Assembly (NCBI RefSeq): GCF_006345805.1
Contig: NC_043002.1
Coordinates: forward strand, 96,286,001-96,350,000
Direction of reading: 5' to 3'
Source: Octopus sinensis
Taxonomy: Eukaryota
DNA: 64,000 bases
Shown here one piece after another: positions 11,041 to 24,740 of the stretch. The position numbers were made by a program, and so were the translations under genes. The notes under the pieces are model-generated. The model saw only the letters and a list, made by a program, of their open reading frames with translations. It ran no database searches and had not been told where the DNA came from. Position 1 is the first letter of the stretch; each line of letters starts with the position of its first letter.

Positions 11041-13964
11041 TGGTAAACCTTATATTTTTCTTGATTAATTACAATGAGATGCCTTCAAAAATCATCTCTA
11101 TCTTATTCAAATTATAATTCAGTTACATATTTCAGAAGACCGAAACAAAAACAAGAAATATATATATATATGTGGGCTAAAACACACACAAAAGAATTTC
11201 ATTCACTAAATTCTTTTTACTATTTCTACTATTTCTTAGGTTTTAATCATTGAACTCTTTTTTTTTTTTTTAAATATCTTTCAACATATTTTTTGATGTA
11301 GTTATAATCAACTTGATTTCAATTTTTTTTATATAACAAAAAATTGTGTACATTTGATTATAATTTTAGAATGATAGCTACATGTTTAGTATTAAGCCAC
11401 AATGTCAAGTTAAATATTAAGCATTCCAGTGACTCCATCAGAATTCTCGCAAACATTCGTTTCTGAATTAAGGTTGAGAAATGTCTGCATGTTGTCACTT
11501 TATATTTTATTACATTTTATTATACAGACAGTACAGTAACATTATTAAAAATATTTATGTCATACCCATTTCCTTACAGTGGCCAATTCATATGAACATC
11601 ATTCCAACGTATTTTTAAAATATGTTTTATTTGTTTACACAAAGCTCAAGAATTGCTTGACCACATTTCATAAGTAATTATTATTCACTGATAACAATCC
11701 TCAGCAGTATTCACTTCAATGTTTTTGTAGTGGGGATTATTTTCAATGAAACAGTGCTTTCTGATAAGTCACTTTCACTAAGGACCATTTAAAACACTGC
11801 ATATAGCTAGATTTGATTTATAAACTGGTAGATTTCAAATTTCTCTTGAATAAAAATGATACAGCAAATTATTACTAAAAAAGGTAGTATAATTGTAGTC
11901 TTAAAATACCAAATTATTTGAAGTGAAGAAAGCTGTTTAAATTCAAGATAATATTCTGCTTTTCTACATTGAAACAATTATTTTATTATAAATCTTATTC
12001 TATCAATAGTTGTGAATCATTTACGGTGTTTTGTTTGCTCAAAGCAAATTAAATTTTTTCTATATAATTTATACTCAGTTGCTTTTTAAAATATTGCTGA
12101 AAAAGTTTGCTAATGAAATACATTTTAATTTTTACTAACAAATTACATAATTAGAAAACTTTTACATGTGTTATTAGTAATCGATTTTTTAAGGTGGCGA
12201 ACTGGTAGGATTGTTCGCACACCAGATGCAATGCTTAGTGATATTTCATCCGTCTCTACATTCTGAGTTCAAATTCTGCCGAGTTGAACTTTACATCCTT
12301 TCAGGATCGATAAAATAAGTACCAGTTTATCACTGTAGTTGATGTAATTGACTAGCTCCAACCCCTCAAAATTGCTTATAGGTCTTATATCTTTAGTAGA
12401 AAGGATTATTGACTTTGCCTTTCATCCTTTTAAGGCCAATAAAATAATGTATGTGTCAAATGCTGGGTTGATGAAATCAACTTACCCACTCCCCTAAAAT
12501 TCCTGGCTTTGTGTCAAAATTTGAAAGATTTAGGGGCAGGGGAGATGGTGTTTTCAGGATTATAAAAACATTTCTATATTTCATTTTGCTAAATTATTCA
12601 ACAGTAGAATTGCAAAACTGGCAAAATAACAACCAATATGCCTTACTGTATTTAGGTTCTTACCTTTAAAATCTATGGTCAAATCCCTCCAATGTCAACT
12701 TTGTCTTTCATTCTTCTAAGGTCAATAGAATAAGTATCAGTCAAGTATCTAATCTATTATATACATCCCACAAATTTGAGGCCTTGGGTGTATGCTGGAA
12801 ATCCATAATATTCCCATTCAAGATTTTTTATTGCTTTTGTATTGCAATAAATATAGTCTCTCAAGCCTCAGAAAGACAGTTCTGCAACTTTTTGCTGAAC
12901 AATCTGCACGGATGATTTGTTGATAGTGACTAAATATTTGTGCTGTACTCACTCTATCAAGTCAACATTGCTTGTACAGGTTCACAGTGTACTACATATC
13001 AGATATCAAGATGATTGCTTTTGTATTATAACTGCCTTAATGTGTGTTAGAATTGGGGCTTAAATAGACTGGACTAACTTTTAGTCATACATTTTTATAT
13101 AGATGCAATATTTTTACCAACTATTTATAATGGGTTTAAATAACAGTCCGATTTTCATAATTCATTACATCCACGATTCTGCATACAGGAAACCTCATAC
13201 AGAGATAATTTACAAGAATGTAGTTCAGTAATATAACACTTTGAATTGTTTACATATCTGAAGATAAGTGTTCTTTTGAAACGAGATCTGTATTACATAC
13301 TCTTGTAGCCTGTAGGCATGCCTAGAACTCAGTATTTTTGTGTTCATAATTGTAAAGAAAGAATAAATGGGTTTATACAAAAAAGAAAAACGTCTCTAAT
13401 TTTCTTTCTTAATCTATTTTGCTGTTTCCTTCTGATGTATAATAGTTTAATTTTAGCACTTTAGAACACCAAACTGCCTGAGTCGATATGGGAAACTCCA
13501 CATGGTGGGCCAACCTGCAAGAAATAGCAGGCAATTCTTTCTCAAATCACACCTGATCAATGACACTGAGTAGGGTCATAGGTACACAATGATTCATGAT
13601 GTTCACAAAAGTCATTGCTTATAGGTCTAATCTGGGGTTAAACTATAACAATAACCAGACTGTCATTTTCCTTGGTATTTTGATACTCCATTACTAAGTA
13701 TTTCTATTATACATTCTACTGTAACTTCAAGATCTTTACTAATATCATCCAGATGAGCTGAGAATTCATAATTCTTCATTCAAGAAACTGATGACTTTAT
13801 CTAGACAATCAGTGCAATGCATCTTTATTTGGTGTGTTATTTTTCTGGGTTTTGATTACTAATATTTTGTTACAGTATTATTAAGCTGATAGTTTGAACA
13901 AGACCTATTGAGTCAAGTACGTCAACACCAACATCAAAATAATAATCAAATGGAAATTGTAGTC

Positions 13965-14160
13965 AAGATACCCGTGCTGGTGGCACATAAAAAGCACCCA
14001 CTACACTCAAGGAGTGGTTGCCGTTAGGAAGGGCATCCAGCTGTAGAAACACTGCCAGATCAGACTAGAGCCTGGCACAGCTTCCTGGCTTCCTAGACCC
14101 CGGTCAAACTGTCCAACCCATGCTAGCATGGAAAATGGACGTTAAACGATGTTGATGATA
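13965..14160 (+). mobile_element. LINE (RTE-like) 3'-end/SINE repeat with (GAT)n tail; other copies at ~8880-9075, 21200-21420 (-), 55960-56120
   Basis: Shared core GTTAGGAAGGGCATCCAGC...CCAACCCATGCTAGCATGGAAAATGGACGTTAAACGATG. Confidence 0.6.
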
Positions 14161-14725
14161 TGTTATATTTTAGATCACTTTTCAAGAAATTTGTATCATT
14201 GGACCAAAGGCAGGTTAGTATGAAAAACATGTCAGCTAACAGATAAAACCTCTAGTCATCAGAGTGGTAGACTATTGTTGGTTTGTATTAGCATGAAGCC
14301 CTATGAAAATATAAACTGAAGATATTTATGTTGTAACATCTGATGGAACAGAATGTAACATTTCATGCAAGACACTTTATTTCTGAAAAAGAATATATAA
14401 TTCTTATGGATTACAAAGTGTTGTACTTGTTTTTTCCAGAGAAAGCAAACATACATGTAAGTGTGTAGTACAGTCTCATTCCAGCTTAAAGACTCACCAT
14501 TTCATTGTGTTAACCCTTTTTTCTTAGGGGCAAACAACTACCTACATACCTGAGGACTACCTCAGCTAACATGACTTAGGATAATTTCATATTTATTCTA
14601 CTTGTGAAGAATTATGTGAATGCACATAGCCTAGTGTCTGATTTATGATCATAAGGTCATAGGTTCAATTCCTGAACAGGGCAACATGTTGCATCCTTGA
14701 ATAAGGCCCTTTATTATGTATTATA

Positions 14726-16025
14726 TTGGATCATCTCATAAATAATGTAGTTTTACAATTGCATGAACTAAAAGTCGAAGGGGGATGGGATAAACTACCT
14801 GCATCAACTTGCTATAAAAGCAGGTAATAATTTTACCTTGTACTTATTCTTAGTGAAAGTTTTGAAGAGTGCAGGCTGATTTTAAGTTATTTTTTCAATG
14901 CTATATTGGAAGTGACAAAGGATCATATTCGACATATTTTGCTGTATGAGTTCAATAAAGGCAACAATGCAATGGAAAGTGCGAGGAATATTAATGCAGT
15001 GTATGGAGATTGGACAATAAGTGTAAGCCAGCATCACTGGTGGTTCCAGAAATTCCAAGCCAGAAACTACAGCCTAGAAAACAAGCCTCGTCCTGGAAGA
15101 TCTGTAGAGTTCAACAAGGACATCCTGCTAACACTGGTGGAAGAAAATCCCATCATAACTGTTGGGGAACTAGCAGAGAAGCTTGGATTTGGTCATTGAC
15201 ACCTGCAAGACATCAGAAAAATCAGCAAATTGGGTCAGTGTGCTCCTCACAAACTTTCTGAATCTAATCATGCGCCGAGAGTGAATGTGGACTATTCTTT
15301 GCTGTCATGTATCAGGAATGAACCGTTTTGTGACCGAATAGTGACTGGTGACAAGAAATGGGTTCTCTATAAAAATGTCAAGTGTCAAAGGTGGTGGGTA
15401 GGGAAAGGAGAAACACTGGTACCCCAGGCTCAAGAAGGTCTTCACCCACATAAGGTATTGTTGTTTGTTTGGTGGATATGAAAGGTTTAGTCCACTTTGA
15501 ACTGTTAAACCTAAATCAAATAATAACAAAGGAGATCTGCGAACAGCTTGAGAGACTTAAGTCAGTACTAGAACAATGATGAGCATCATCGGTTTCAAGA
15601 CAAAATAACGATCTCAAAAACTGCAACTTTTTCAAATATAAAATATCCATCAGGATAATACTTGACGACATTCAGCAAGGATGACATTCCAAAGGCTGCA
15701 GCAGTTTGAATGGGAAACGATGCCCCACCCTCTATATCCACCGGTCATTGCCCCATCTGATTATCATTTAGTCTGCAGTCTTCAAAATCATTTGGACCGA
15801 AAAATATCAATTCTGTAGACAAGGTCAGAACAGTACTGGAGGAATATTTTTCATCAGAGACAAGTGAATTTTGGAGAGGGGCCTTGCAAGTCTATCAGAT
15901 ATATGCAAGAGCATTGTAGAAAATGAAGGAGAGTATATTTTAGATTAAAAAAGAACTTTGTTTATCTTAGTTTTGAAAAATGAAAGAAGTATAAAAAAAA
16001 ACGCATTATTTATGGGATGACCCAA
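14726..16025 (+). mobile_element. Full-length (1.3 kb) decayed mariner transposon
   Basis: TIRs TTGGATCATCTCATAAATAATG / CATTATTTATGGGATGACCCAA, each flanked by TA. Frameshifted transposase: MEVTKDHIRHILLYEF...GR, DRIVTGDKKWVLY, APSDYHL. Confidence 0.9.
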
Positions 16026-16449
16026 TACATATAAGCCCTTGCTCCAGCTGAAATTGAACACAACTTTGGTTTCCAGCTGGGTTAATGAGGAGGAGGGCCA
16101 AAAAGATGTCTATGTCTGCTCATGGCCATACAAACACCTAAAACAATAAAAGTTTGTTATATGTTACCAAATCAAGACACATTTCCAAGTGATGGCTACA
16201 GTTTGTGAAGAAATATAAAAGTTGCTACAAAAACAAGGCTTCACTGATAAACTCTCATGGTGATGCCACATCCATAACACAGCCAAAAAATGTGTCCCAA
16301 AGAATATCTTTGCTTTTCTGAGCCTGAAAATAAGTGTCCCAAACTACAATGCAAAGGTAATATCTAGAATGGTATACTACTTTGACTTCTGTCACTTACA
16401 CAAACATCCCAGACCTCATCTAAAAGAAAGTACTTACTCAACACCACTT

Positions 16450-18350
16450 GAATAAGGTCACTCAATAGCATAATTCAGGTCAACTTCATGTATTTACAAT
16501 CATGTGAATTCTAAAATTGACTTTAGCATGATAGAGTGGCATATCACATTGTGAACAATGATATCAAGTTTCCTTACATTTCTCTTTTGCTTTCCATACT
16601 GTGCATCTTTTTGAAGCATTTGTCTTCTTGGCATTGGGGGGAAACAGTCGTGGAAAATGTCCACATCCCGTCACCATGCAGTGAAGTGAGAGTCTGGCGT
16701 GGGAATGTCCACACATTCTATACTTTGACAGGTCTGATGCTTCTATCATTTCACAGAACAATAGATTCTTGAATGTCAATCTGTTCCCCACACTACCAAG
16801 AATCTACCTAATAAAATGTGAGTTCACGACACACATGTCAACTATATACAAGAAAAATGTTTTGTACCATTTCACAAATATTTTCATCAATTTGTGTGTC
16901 ATGACCACTGATCTGAGTGATCAACCTTGTCTTCATTGCATGGAACAACTACACTCAGTTTCATTATTGCATTACCATCCACATATTGTCTCCTAGTGTC
17001 CTTCATGCTAGCAGAATACATTGTGGATAACATGCAGACGTTTTTCTTGTCACACCACACTAGAGTGAGAATGCTGCAGTCAGTGCATTGGTATGTTGTT
17101 TCCCCTTTCAAAGTTTTATCTTGTAAAGATCAGGCGGCATGTTTTTCCTGTGTGTCCTCACAGTCCTACAGGTATTAGTCCTCCTCACCTGCAGCTGCAG
17201 GAAGAGGTATAGACTGCAAAACCAGTTGTCCATATATATATATTGCAGCCTTTGTCAAACAAGATTTCATTCAGTGACAACACAACATCAGTTGATGATA
17301 GAGTAGACACTGACCAGTGTAGATTTTGTCATTCTGGCCTGACTAGTGTAGATTTTGTCATTCCATGTGTACCCACAGGCTCTGCAAGTTGACTGGCATA
17401 TTTTATAAACCTTGACTCCAAAGCAGTCACATTTGGTCAGAGCCTTCTCTTGAATTTCCACAAACTCTCATCTTTGCAAATGTCTTGTGCGAGGAGATAC
17501 ACTGTTCTGAAATTGTCAGTCATTTCTTTGATGATAGGACATATTTTGTGCAGCCTGTCATCCTGGTTCTCACCTGAGTTGAAATGTAGATTTTGAAGAA
17601 GCTTCAAAAATCGATCATGTGGCATCATTTCTGGAAAGAAAGGTGTTGACTTGGCTGGATCCTGATTGTAATATAATGTCAGGGTCAGTTTCTTCATGAT
17701 GCCCATCATTATCAGCAGGGCAAGTAGAACTTTGATTTTGTCTCTTGTGGTTGGAAACCAATCACCACCATACCCAGGTCTAACATGCTAAGAATGGTTT
17801 ACAGCATAATCATTAATTTTGTCCACTATATATGGGAACATTTCATCCATCAAAAACTCATGGAAGATTTCCAATGGCAAACTTCCATATTCAGGGTTTG
17901 CCTTTATGCCAGGCATACCAGTAAACCGATGCCATTTTATAAAATTGTCTCTCACTCACCATACGACATTCTGTTGTCCAGGACTATTCACTGCTACCTA
18001 CCTGTACCTTTGTTTCACCAGAATATCATCATCACTATCAGAATCATCTGATTCTAAACTAGGAAAACACTCACTCTCCAAGTCAGTGTCCAAACCAGAA
18101 GAAACAAGTGGTGAGGTGGTGGAGCCTGGTGTAGCTTAGCATGACGAACATAAATTCATCAAAACAGGACACAATGACAATGTTGATTGAGCCTGAGTAG
18201 TAGGATATGAGAACCATAAATTCAATGAAACAGGAGCTTGGTGTAGCTTAGAATGACGACCATAAATTCGTCAAAACAGGAAACAACGACAATGTTGATT
18301 GAGCCTGAGTGGTAGGATATGACAGCCATAAATTCACTGAATCAATGATG
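16450..18350 (-). mobile_element. piggyBac-like transposase remnant with subterminal tandem repeats
   Basis: Minus-strand fragments MPHDRFLKLLQNLHF...DRLHKICPII...DESLWKFKRRL and WCDKKNVCMLST...VDHSDQ match piggyBac DDD transposases; acidic Ser-rich N-terminus at ~18040-18130. Confidence 0.8.
18121..18345. repeat. ~112-bp tandem duplication with internal GACNACCATAAATTC sub-repeats
   Basis: Units 18121..18232 and 18233..18345 align. Confidence 0.85.
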
Positions 18351-18559
18351 GAGCTGACAAAGCCAGAGAGGCAGAATCTGCCTCTTGGGTTGTGAATATT
18401 TACATGAAACATCTAGTTGGCCTATCAGTTGGCAGGTGGACCGGTACTAACTCAAGCAACAGGTTCTAAGTCAGGCAGCATATAATTATGTCGACTGATT
18501 TAAAGCATATACATTGCTTGCGTAAATTTGTCAACTATTTTAAAAGGGTTAATGAACCA

Positions 18560-19290
18560 GAACAACAAAGAAAACTGCGGGAAAATGTCTCTTAACAAAA
18601 TAAACATAGAAATAAAAATCCTAAAACTAAGAGCTGGCCCAAATTAACAAAAATTCAAAATTGGTAAATGAATTCACAACTTTCGTTGCCTTTGATGTTA
18701 TCAATTTATATACTAATATACCCTATGACTATGGAATAACTGCAATCAAATACTGTCTAGACACACACTAATCTAAACTGTTGACATGCATTGAAAAAGA
18801 TCTCATCACTGATGCACTAAAATTCATCCTTCAAAACACCTACTTTGTTCAGCATACCAATTCATCCTTCAAAACAACTACTTTAGTTCAGCATACCAAC
18901 AAATTTCAAGACTGCAATGGTAATGAAGGTAGCCCCTACATATATCAATTTAGTCATAGGATTCCATGAACTAAAAATTTACAGCCAATCCATTCTTCTC
19001 TTCGGAGACACCTTCTAAACACAACTCTAAAATAATTGGGAAAGCTACCTGGGTGATTGTTTTATCCAGGAAAACCTGGATGCACATGCACTCACAAGAT
19101 TCAAAAATATGCTGAAGAACCTAAACAAAATCATCCATTCTTCAATGGAGTTGAACAACAAGGAACCTGCCTTCCTGGATACTGTAATCACCAACAAGGA
19201 TGGGAAAATAGAAACAGACATATTCTATAAATACACAGGCTCCAAACAGTACCTTCTATTCACCACACACAAAAACTATCTTCCCAGTTA
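18560..19290 (+). mobile_element. Penelope-like element reverse transcriptase fragment
   Basis: FVAFDVINLYTNIP, TAMVMKVAPTYINL (GTAMG.K.APTYANL-like), WESYLGDCF (YIDD-like), PAFLDTVI...IETDIFYK.TGSKQYLLF. Confidence 0.8.
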
Positions 19291-20470
19291 ACTTTCCTTT
19301 CATATTGCTGCAGCTCTTATGTGTCCATAGCTTGCACCAGGTACATCTTATGGAGTTTTTATCTATGCCTTTTCCACATATTGAGCAGGCCCATCTACCA
19401 GAAGGGATTTGTAATTTATCTGCCTTCCTACTTACCAAGAATTTGGCTTTTGCTAGATTGACTCTAGGCCCTTCGATTCTAGACCTTGCTTCCACACCTG
19501 AAACTTCTCCTTTAGTTCTGGTAGTGACTCAGATATTAGAGCAAGGTTATCAGCATAGAAGAGCTCCGAGGGGCATCCTGTCTTGAATTCCTCTGTTATT
19601 GCCTGGAGGATTATGATGAATAGGGAGGGGCTGAAGACTGATCCTTGATGGACCCCCACTTCTACCCGGAATTCTTGCTTATACTCATTGCCAACCTTCA
19701 TCTTAATGAGAGCATCCGTGTACATGTCTTGTATAGCTCTCAATAACCACTCATCTATTCCTAGTTTCCACATTGACCACCAGATAAGGGATCGGTAGAC
19801 CTTGTCAAAGGCTTTCTCCACATCAACGAAAGCCACGTACAGAGGTTTATCTTTGGCTAGGAATTTCTCCTGCAGCTAACTTACCAGAAATATAGCGTCA
19901 GTGGTGCTTCTCCCTGGCATAAAACCAAACAGCATCTCATCTAAACTAACTCTCTCCTTAATTAGTTTCATCACCTGATCTAACAATTTGATACCTCGGT
20001 AATTATTCCTATCTAATGCATCACCTTTACTTTGTAGCAGTTGACTATGGTGCTGCTACACCAGTCATCGGGTATAACTCCTTCAGGTATTACCTGGTTG
20101 ACTATACAGGTGACTAGACTATAGCCTACACTGCCAGATATCTTAAGCATCTCTGCAATGATTCCTGATGGGCCAGGGGCTTTCCCTGTCAACATACCCT
20201 TCATTGCTTTATCTACCAAGGTACTGCCAATTCGGATAGCTGGTCCCTCTGTTGGGTTGACATTTGGCAGACTCTCTTTCTCCCATTCATTCTCTTCATT
20301 TAGCAACCTTTCATAGTGGTATCTCCAAGTCTCTCTCTTTGCAGCATCATTAAATGCAGGCAAACCATCATCAATGTGGACACATTTCTCTCCCATGACA
20401 ACATGATTCTCTCTCACACACTGTCTTGCAACATGAAACACTTCAAGTTTTTGGTCCACACGACACAGAA
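19290..20470 (-). mobile_element. Non-LTR retrotransposon (RTE-like LINE) ORF2 fragment: RT plus Cys/His finger
   Basis: AFVDVEKAFDKV, GVHQGSVFSPSLF, FYADNL, WACSICGKG...CTWCKLWTHKSCS. Confidence 0.85.
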
Positions 20471-21479
20471 CATTAGTAAATTTAATATATATATATATAT
20501 ATTAATTATAATAAGGGGTAAAAATCATTAATGATTTATGGAGAATCTATGGTGGTAATAGTGTCATTTGGCATCTATTTTTCAGCGCATGGTGAGGCAC
20601 ATAGCCAATCCCTTGTTATAATTATGTATTTAATTATAAAATATTTATATATATATATATATGTATGTAAATACATACACATGTGCGTGTGTATGTGTGT
20701 GGTGTATAACAAAAAGATGTTGACACTCCCTCATCACTATCACCATCATAAATACACTAAACTAGAAGCTAGGGATTGGCTTGTTTGAAACCTGTAACCA
20801 AGCTACAATAAAGATAAAAAAAGAATTAATAAAAATAAATAAACCACTTAAGAAGCCACAGCTTATCAATTGAATTTATCTCAATTTGAGATCTTTTCTG
20901 TTTGATACACATGCTCCAATTTTATTTTAAATTTTTTCACAGATTAGTTTTATGAGCCAATCACAGTATTTGAAAATGTTGATTTCTATTGATTTTATCA
21001 CTGAGATTAATAAAATTAAATTTTTAAAGGAATGCAACATTTTTTACTATCAACTTTTTCTGAAAATTGTTGTGGTGTTCATAATCACCATGCAGAAATT
21101 TAAAATAAACTCTGTCCATTTGTGTCAAACTGAAAGGATCTTCAATGAATGCTAGTAAAGATAACATATGATCACAAGTGTTCTTACCGAGACAATCACA
21201 TCTTTTTGTCATCATCATCATTATCATAATCATCATTATTTAACATCTGGTTTCCATGCTGGCATGGGTTAGGTGATTTGACTAGAGATGGTAAGTGCAA
21301 GGACCACACCAGGCTCAGTTGTCTGTTCCAGCATAGTTTCTATGGCTGGATGTCCTTCCTAATGCCAGCCACTCCTCAGAGTGTACTGAGTGCTTTTTAT
21401 GTGATACTAGCACCAGTATCAATTCTGCTGTGGGAGATGGGTTTTCTTGAGTAATGAAATGCACCAGATATCTCAGTCC

Positions 21480-22170
21480 TTAGTCATCTCTTTTGTAATG
21501 CTCAGTGTCTTGAGATCAGCCTTCAATATTTCATCCCATGTCTTCCTGGGTCTCTCTATCTTCCATAAGTTCCATCCACTTTAAGTGTTTGGCACTTCTG
21601 TATGCAGCTGTCTACCTCCATTTGCATCACATGACCAAATCAGTACAATCTTCTCTCTTGCACACTACTTTTAGTTCCTCTAGTGCCCAACTTTTTCCTC
21701 AAAACATTAGCACTCTTTTGCACTTGTACACTGACATTGTATATCCAGCAGAGCATACTAGCTTCATTTCCCTCTATCCTTCACGTGTCTTCTCCATTCA
21801 GAGCCCAAATCTCACTACCATGTAGCATTACTGTTTGTATACATGTATCTTGTAATCTTCCTTTCTCAGAGAGAGAGAGAGAGAGAGAGAGACATTTGGT
21901 TGCCAACAGAGGTGAATTTTTTCCATCCTATTCTTATTTTAGTAATTACCTTTTCTGAGCATCCTCCCCCACAGCTAATTAGGTCCTCTAGGTAGCAGAA
22001 ATTACCCACTACTTCTAAAGAGTCTCTGGAGCATTTAAGAAAATTGACTTCCTGAGTATCTGTAGCTTTATGGCTCCTATGCATCTTTCACATATGAACA
22101 CTACCTTCTCTGATAACCTTCCTATTATGCCATTGCACCTCTATTGTGTCCATAACTTGCACTGAGTACA
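21480..22170 (-). mobile_element. 3' fragment of the same LINE family
   Basis: LEVVGNFCYLEDLISCGGGCSEKVITKIRIGWKKF; similar fragments at ~34930-35640 and ~46860-47230. Confidence 0.7.
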
Positions 22171-22427
22171 CCAAATGAAATTTGTATGTATATATATATA
22201 TAGTGCAGGATTTTGCACCATATTATTATTCTTCCTTTACCAAGGTTTATTAAACATGACAATCTGTTCACCTTCTTTACATTCTTCACTGCTCCCTTCA
22301 CCATTCTCATGAGGAATACAGCTTTAAATAATGCAGTAGATATGTAGGGAAAGTAAGTTGATGCTTATGAGTGAAAGTATTTAAGATTCTATTAGTTCAG
22401 ATTTGTTCTAACATACTTTTATCTGTA

Positions 22428-22547
22428 ACTAGCAGTATAACCCGGCCTTGCCCGTGATTAAGTTACGATTATTAAGCTAATCAAGTTCTTTATTTCAAAC
22501 TAAACTAATATAGACGTCAAATTTGGGCGAAATCCATTGAAATTAGT

Positions 22548-22603
<56 letters not shown>

Positions 22604-23618
22604 AATATGATATAATATAAATATATATGGGCAACAGACACGAACACACATACACACACGTACGTACGTACACCTATTGCATGTTTTGTGCACGCATACA
22701 TGTTCATAAACAGAAATGAATGGAAAAAATATTCTTAAATTTGTAGATTAACACTCGCACGATTTTCACTAAGAAAAAAATCGTTTTTTTTTGCGTGGAA
22801 TAAACTACTCTGGCCACAAAACCCTTTTTGTAATCCGTGAAACGGAGTGAGGTGTGGTGGAAGCCTCGCAAATTGTACCCATTTATATTGTGTAATTCAC
22901 TGACAAATTGTTACTCACCTCTTTGTTTCTTTGTTGTTAAATAAATGGATTGTCAACAAAACACTTTTTTACTCGGCGTAAAATAAAAACAAAACTCTTT
23001 CGCACCCAAAGTAATGTGTGTGTGAGAGAGAGAGAGGGGGAGAAAGATGAATGATTTAAAATAAATATATTGTAATTGTTGTGTGAGAAAGTATATATAC
23101 TATGATTATAAAATATAGTGTCTTTCAAAAACAAAAAAACAAAAACATTTTACATTTTATTTTTTATGAACGTCATCACTTACTCTCTCTCCCTCTCTCA
23201 CTTTGTCTTTCCTGTGAAACTCTCTGCCTCCTTCTTCCACTTTTTTTTTGTTAGACGTCATCAAAAAAGCTAAGGCTGTTTATGAACGTTGTCATTTACT
23301 CTCTGTCTCTCTCCCTTTGTCTTTCCCGTGAAACTCTCTGCCTCCTTCTTCCACTTTTCTTTATCTTATTTTTTTTGTTAGATGCTGTCAAAAAAGCAAT
23401 GGCTGGTATTTTTTGTGACTAAAAGCTATGTCTGAAAATAGATATTTACGCTATCCATGGGTGCCTCAGAGAAAAAAATAAGTTGACAAAACCAAAATAG
23501 GGTATTGACAAATGTCCTCCTAAAATTGGAGCGACATGTGTGCTAATTTGTGGACATGCATAAATTACAATCATGTACACACACACACACACACACACAC
23601 ATCCTCCCTTATATAGAT
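22428..23618 (+). mobile_element. Helentron/DINE-1-like non-autonomous element with internal microsatellites and a ~115-bp tandem duplication (23165..23405)
   Basis: Starts ACTAGCAGTATAACCCGGCCTTGCCCG and ends (AC)n ATCCTCCCTTATATAGAT. Confidence 0.6.
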
Positions 23619-24375
23619 ATGATGATTAAATAGCTTCTGTAATTCATCATCATTATTTTAAATCTGTTTGCATGGGTTAGATGTTTTAATATAGAAGATT
23701 TCAGGAGTAAATACCCTTTGAATTTCATTAAATTTCATTTGAAATTAATGAACATGTCAATCATTTTAACTTTCTTTTACCAGAAGAAAAAAAAACCACT
23801 TTAAAATAGTGTTAATCTCTAAAGAAGATGAATGAAATTCGTATCATAATTAATGGTGATTTAAGAATGGGCAGAAACTTATGCTAATCAAATTGTTCAG
23901 GAATAAGAAATCATTAGCACCATTAATTGGCAGGTCAGCTCCATTATTAATTGTTGCAGAGGTCTAAGGCAATAATATAGAAAGGGAAAATTTCAGGGAT
24001 TTTGGGCTAAATGATCAAGTAATTAAGGTGATAGAGCTTTAAGACACAATATACAAGTGATGTAAAGTACCTAAGACGCAGTTGAAGGTAGAACAAGTAT
24101 TAACAATAGAAACAAGTGGGCACTAAATTTTACTGTTGCTCATATCTGTTCATTTAATTATCATAAAGCCGTTCAGAAGGTGAAGTTCACAATAGACAGT
24201 ATGTCTACTTGTTGCAGCTCATTTAAGAATTAATTGATAATAGGAGAAATAAAACTGAAGTGAATCAAGTGAGAGTGGGATAGCTGGAGTTTCAGAGGAT
24301 TGGAAGACGTTTAAGAGACTACTGTCTCTGTACAAAGAGCAGACTAGATGTGACATTTTATGGCAATCCTTTGTA

Positions 24376-24740
24376 TACTCTTTTACTTGTTTCAGTTATT
24401 TGACTGTGGCCATGCTGGAGCACCGCCTTTAGTCGAGTACATCGACCCCAGGACTTATTCTTTGTAAGCCTAGTACTTACTCTATCGGTCACTTTTGCCG
24501 AACCACTAAGTTACGGGGACGTAAACACACCAGCATCGGTTATCAAGCGATGTTGGGGAGACAAAGACAGATACACAAACATATACGACAGGCTCCTTTC
24601 AGTTTCCATCTGCCAAATCCACTCACAAGGCTTTGGTTGGCTCGAGGCTATAGTAGAAGACACTTGCCCAAGGTGCCACTCTGTGGGACTGAACCTGGAA
24701 TCATGTGGTTCGTAAGCAAGCTACTTACCACACAGCCACT
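24376..24740 (-). mobile_element. tRNA-derived SINE (Octopus OK/OR-like), near full length
   Basis: Minus-strand head AGTGGCTGTGTGGTAAGTAGCTTGCTTAC...GGTTCAGTCCC (A/B-box-like); many copies in the window. Confidence 0.75.

Larger units (their letters stand above)
4320..11380 (+). repeat. Segmental/tandem duplication unit A (direct repeat of ~59230..64000)
   Basis: Exons, introns 9-10 and the 3' UTR align to copy B at an offset of ~54.9 kb before, and ~52.6 kb after, a copy-A-specific intron insertion. Confidence 0.95.

Noticed and set aside
11849-11854. AATAAA as the copy A polyadenylation signal
   Set aside because: The hexamer is common in this AT-rich sequence, so the site cannot be chosen without transcript data.
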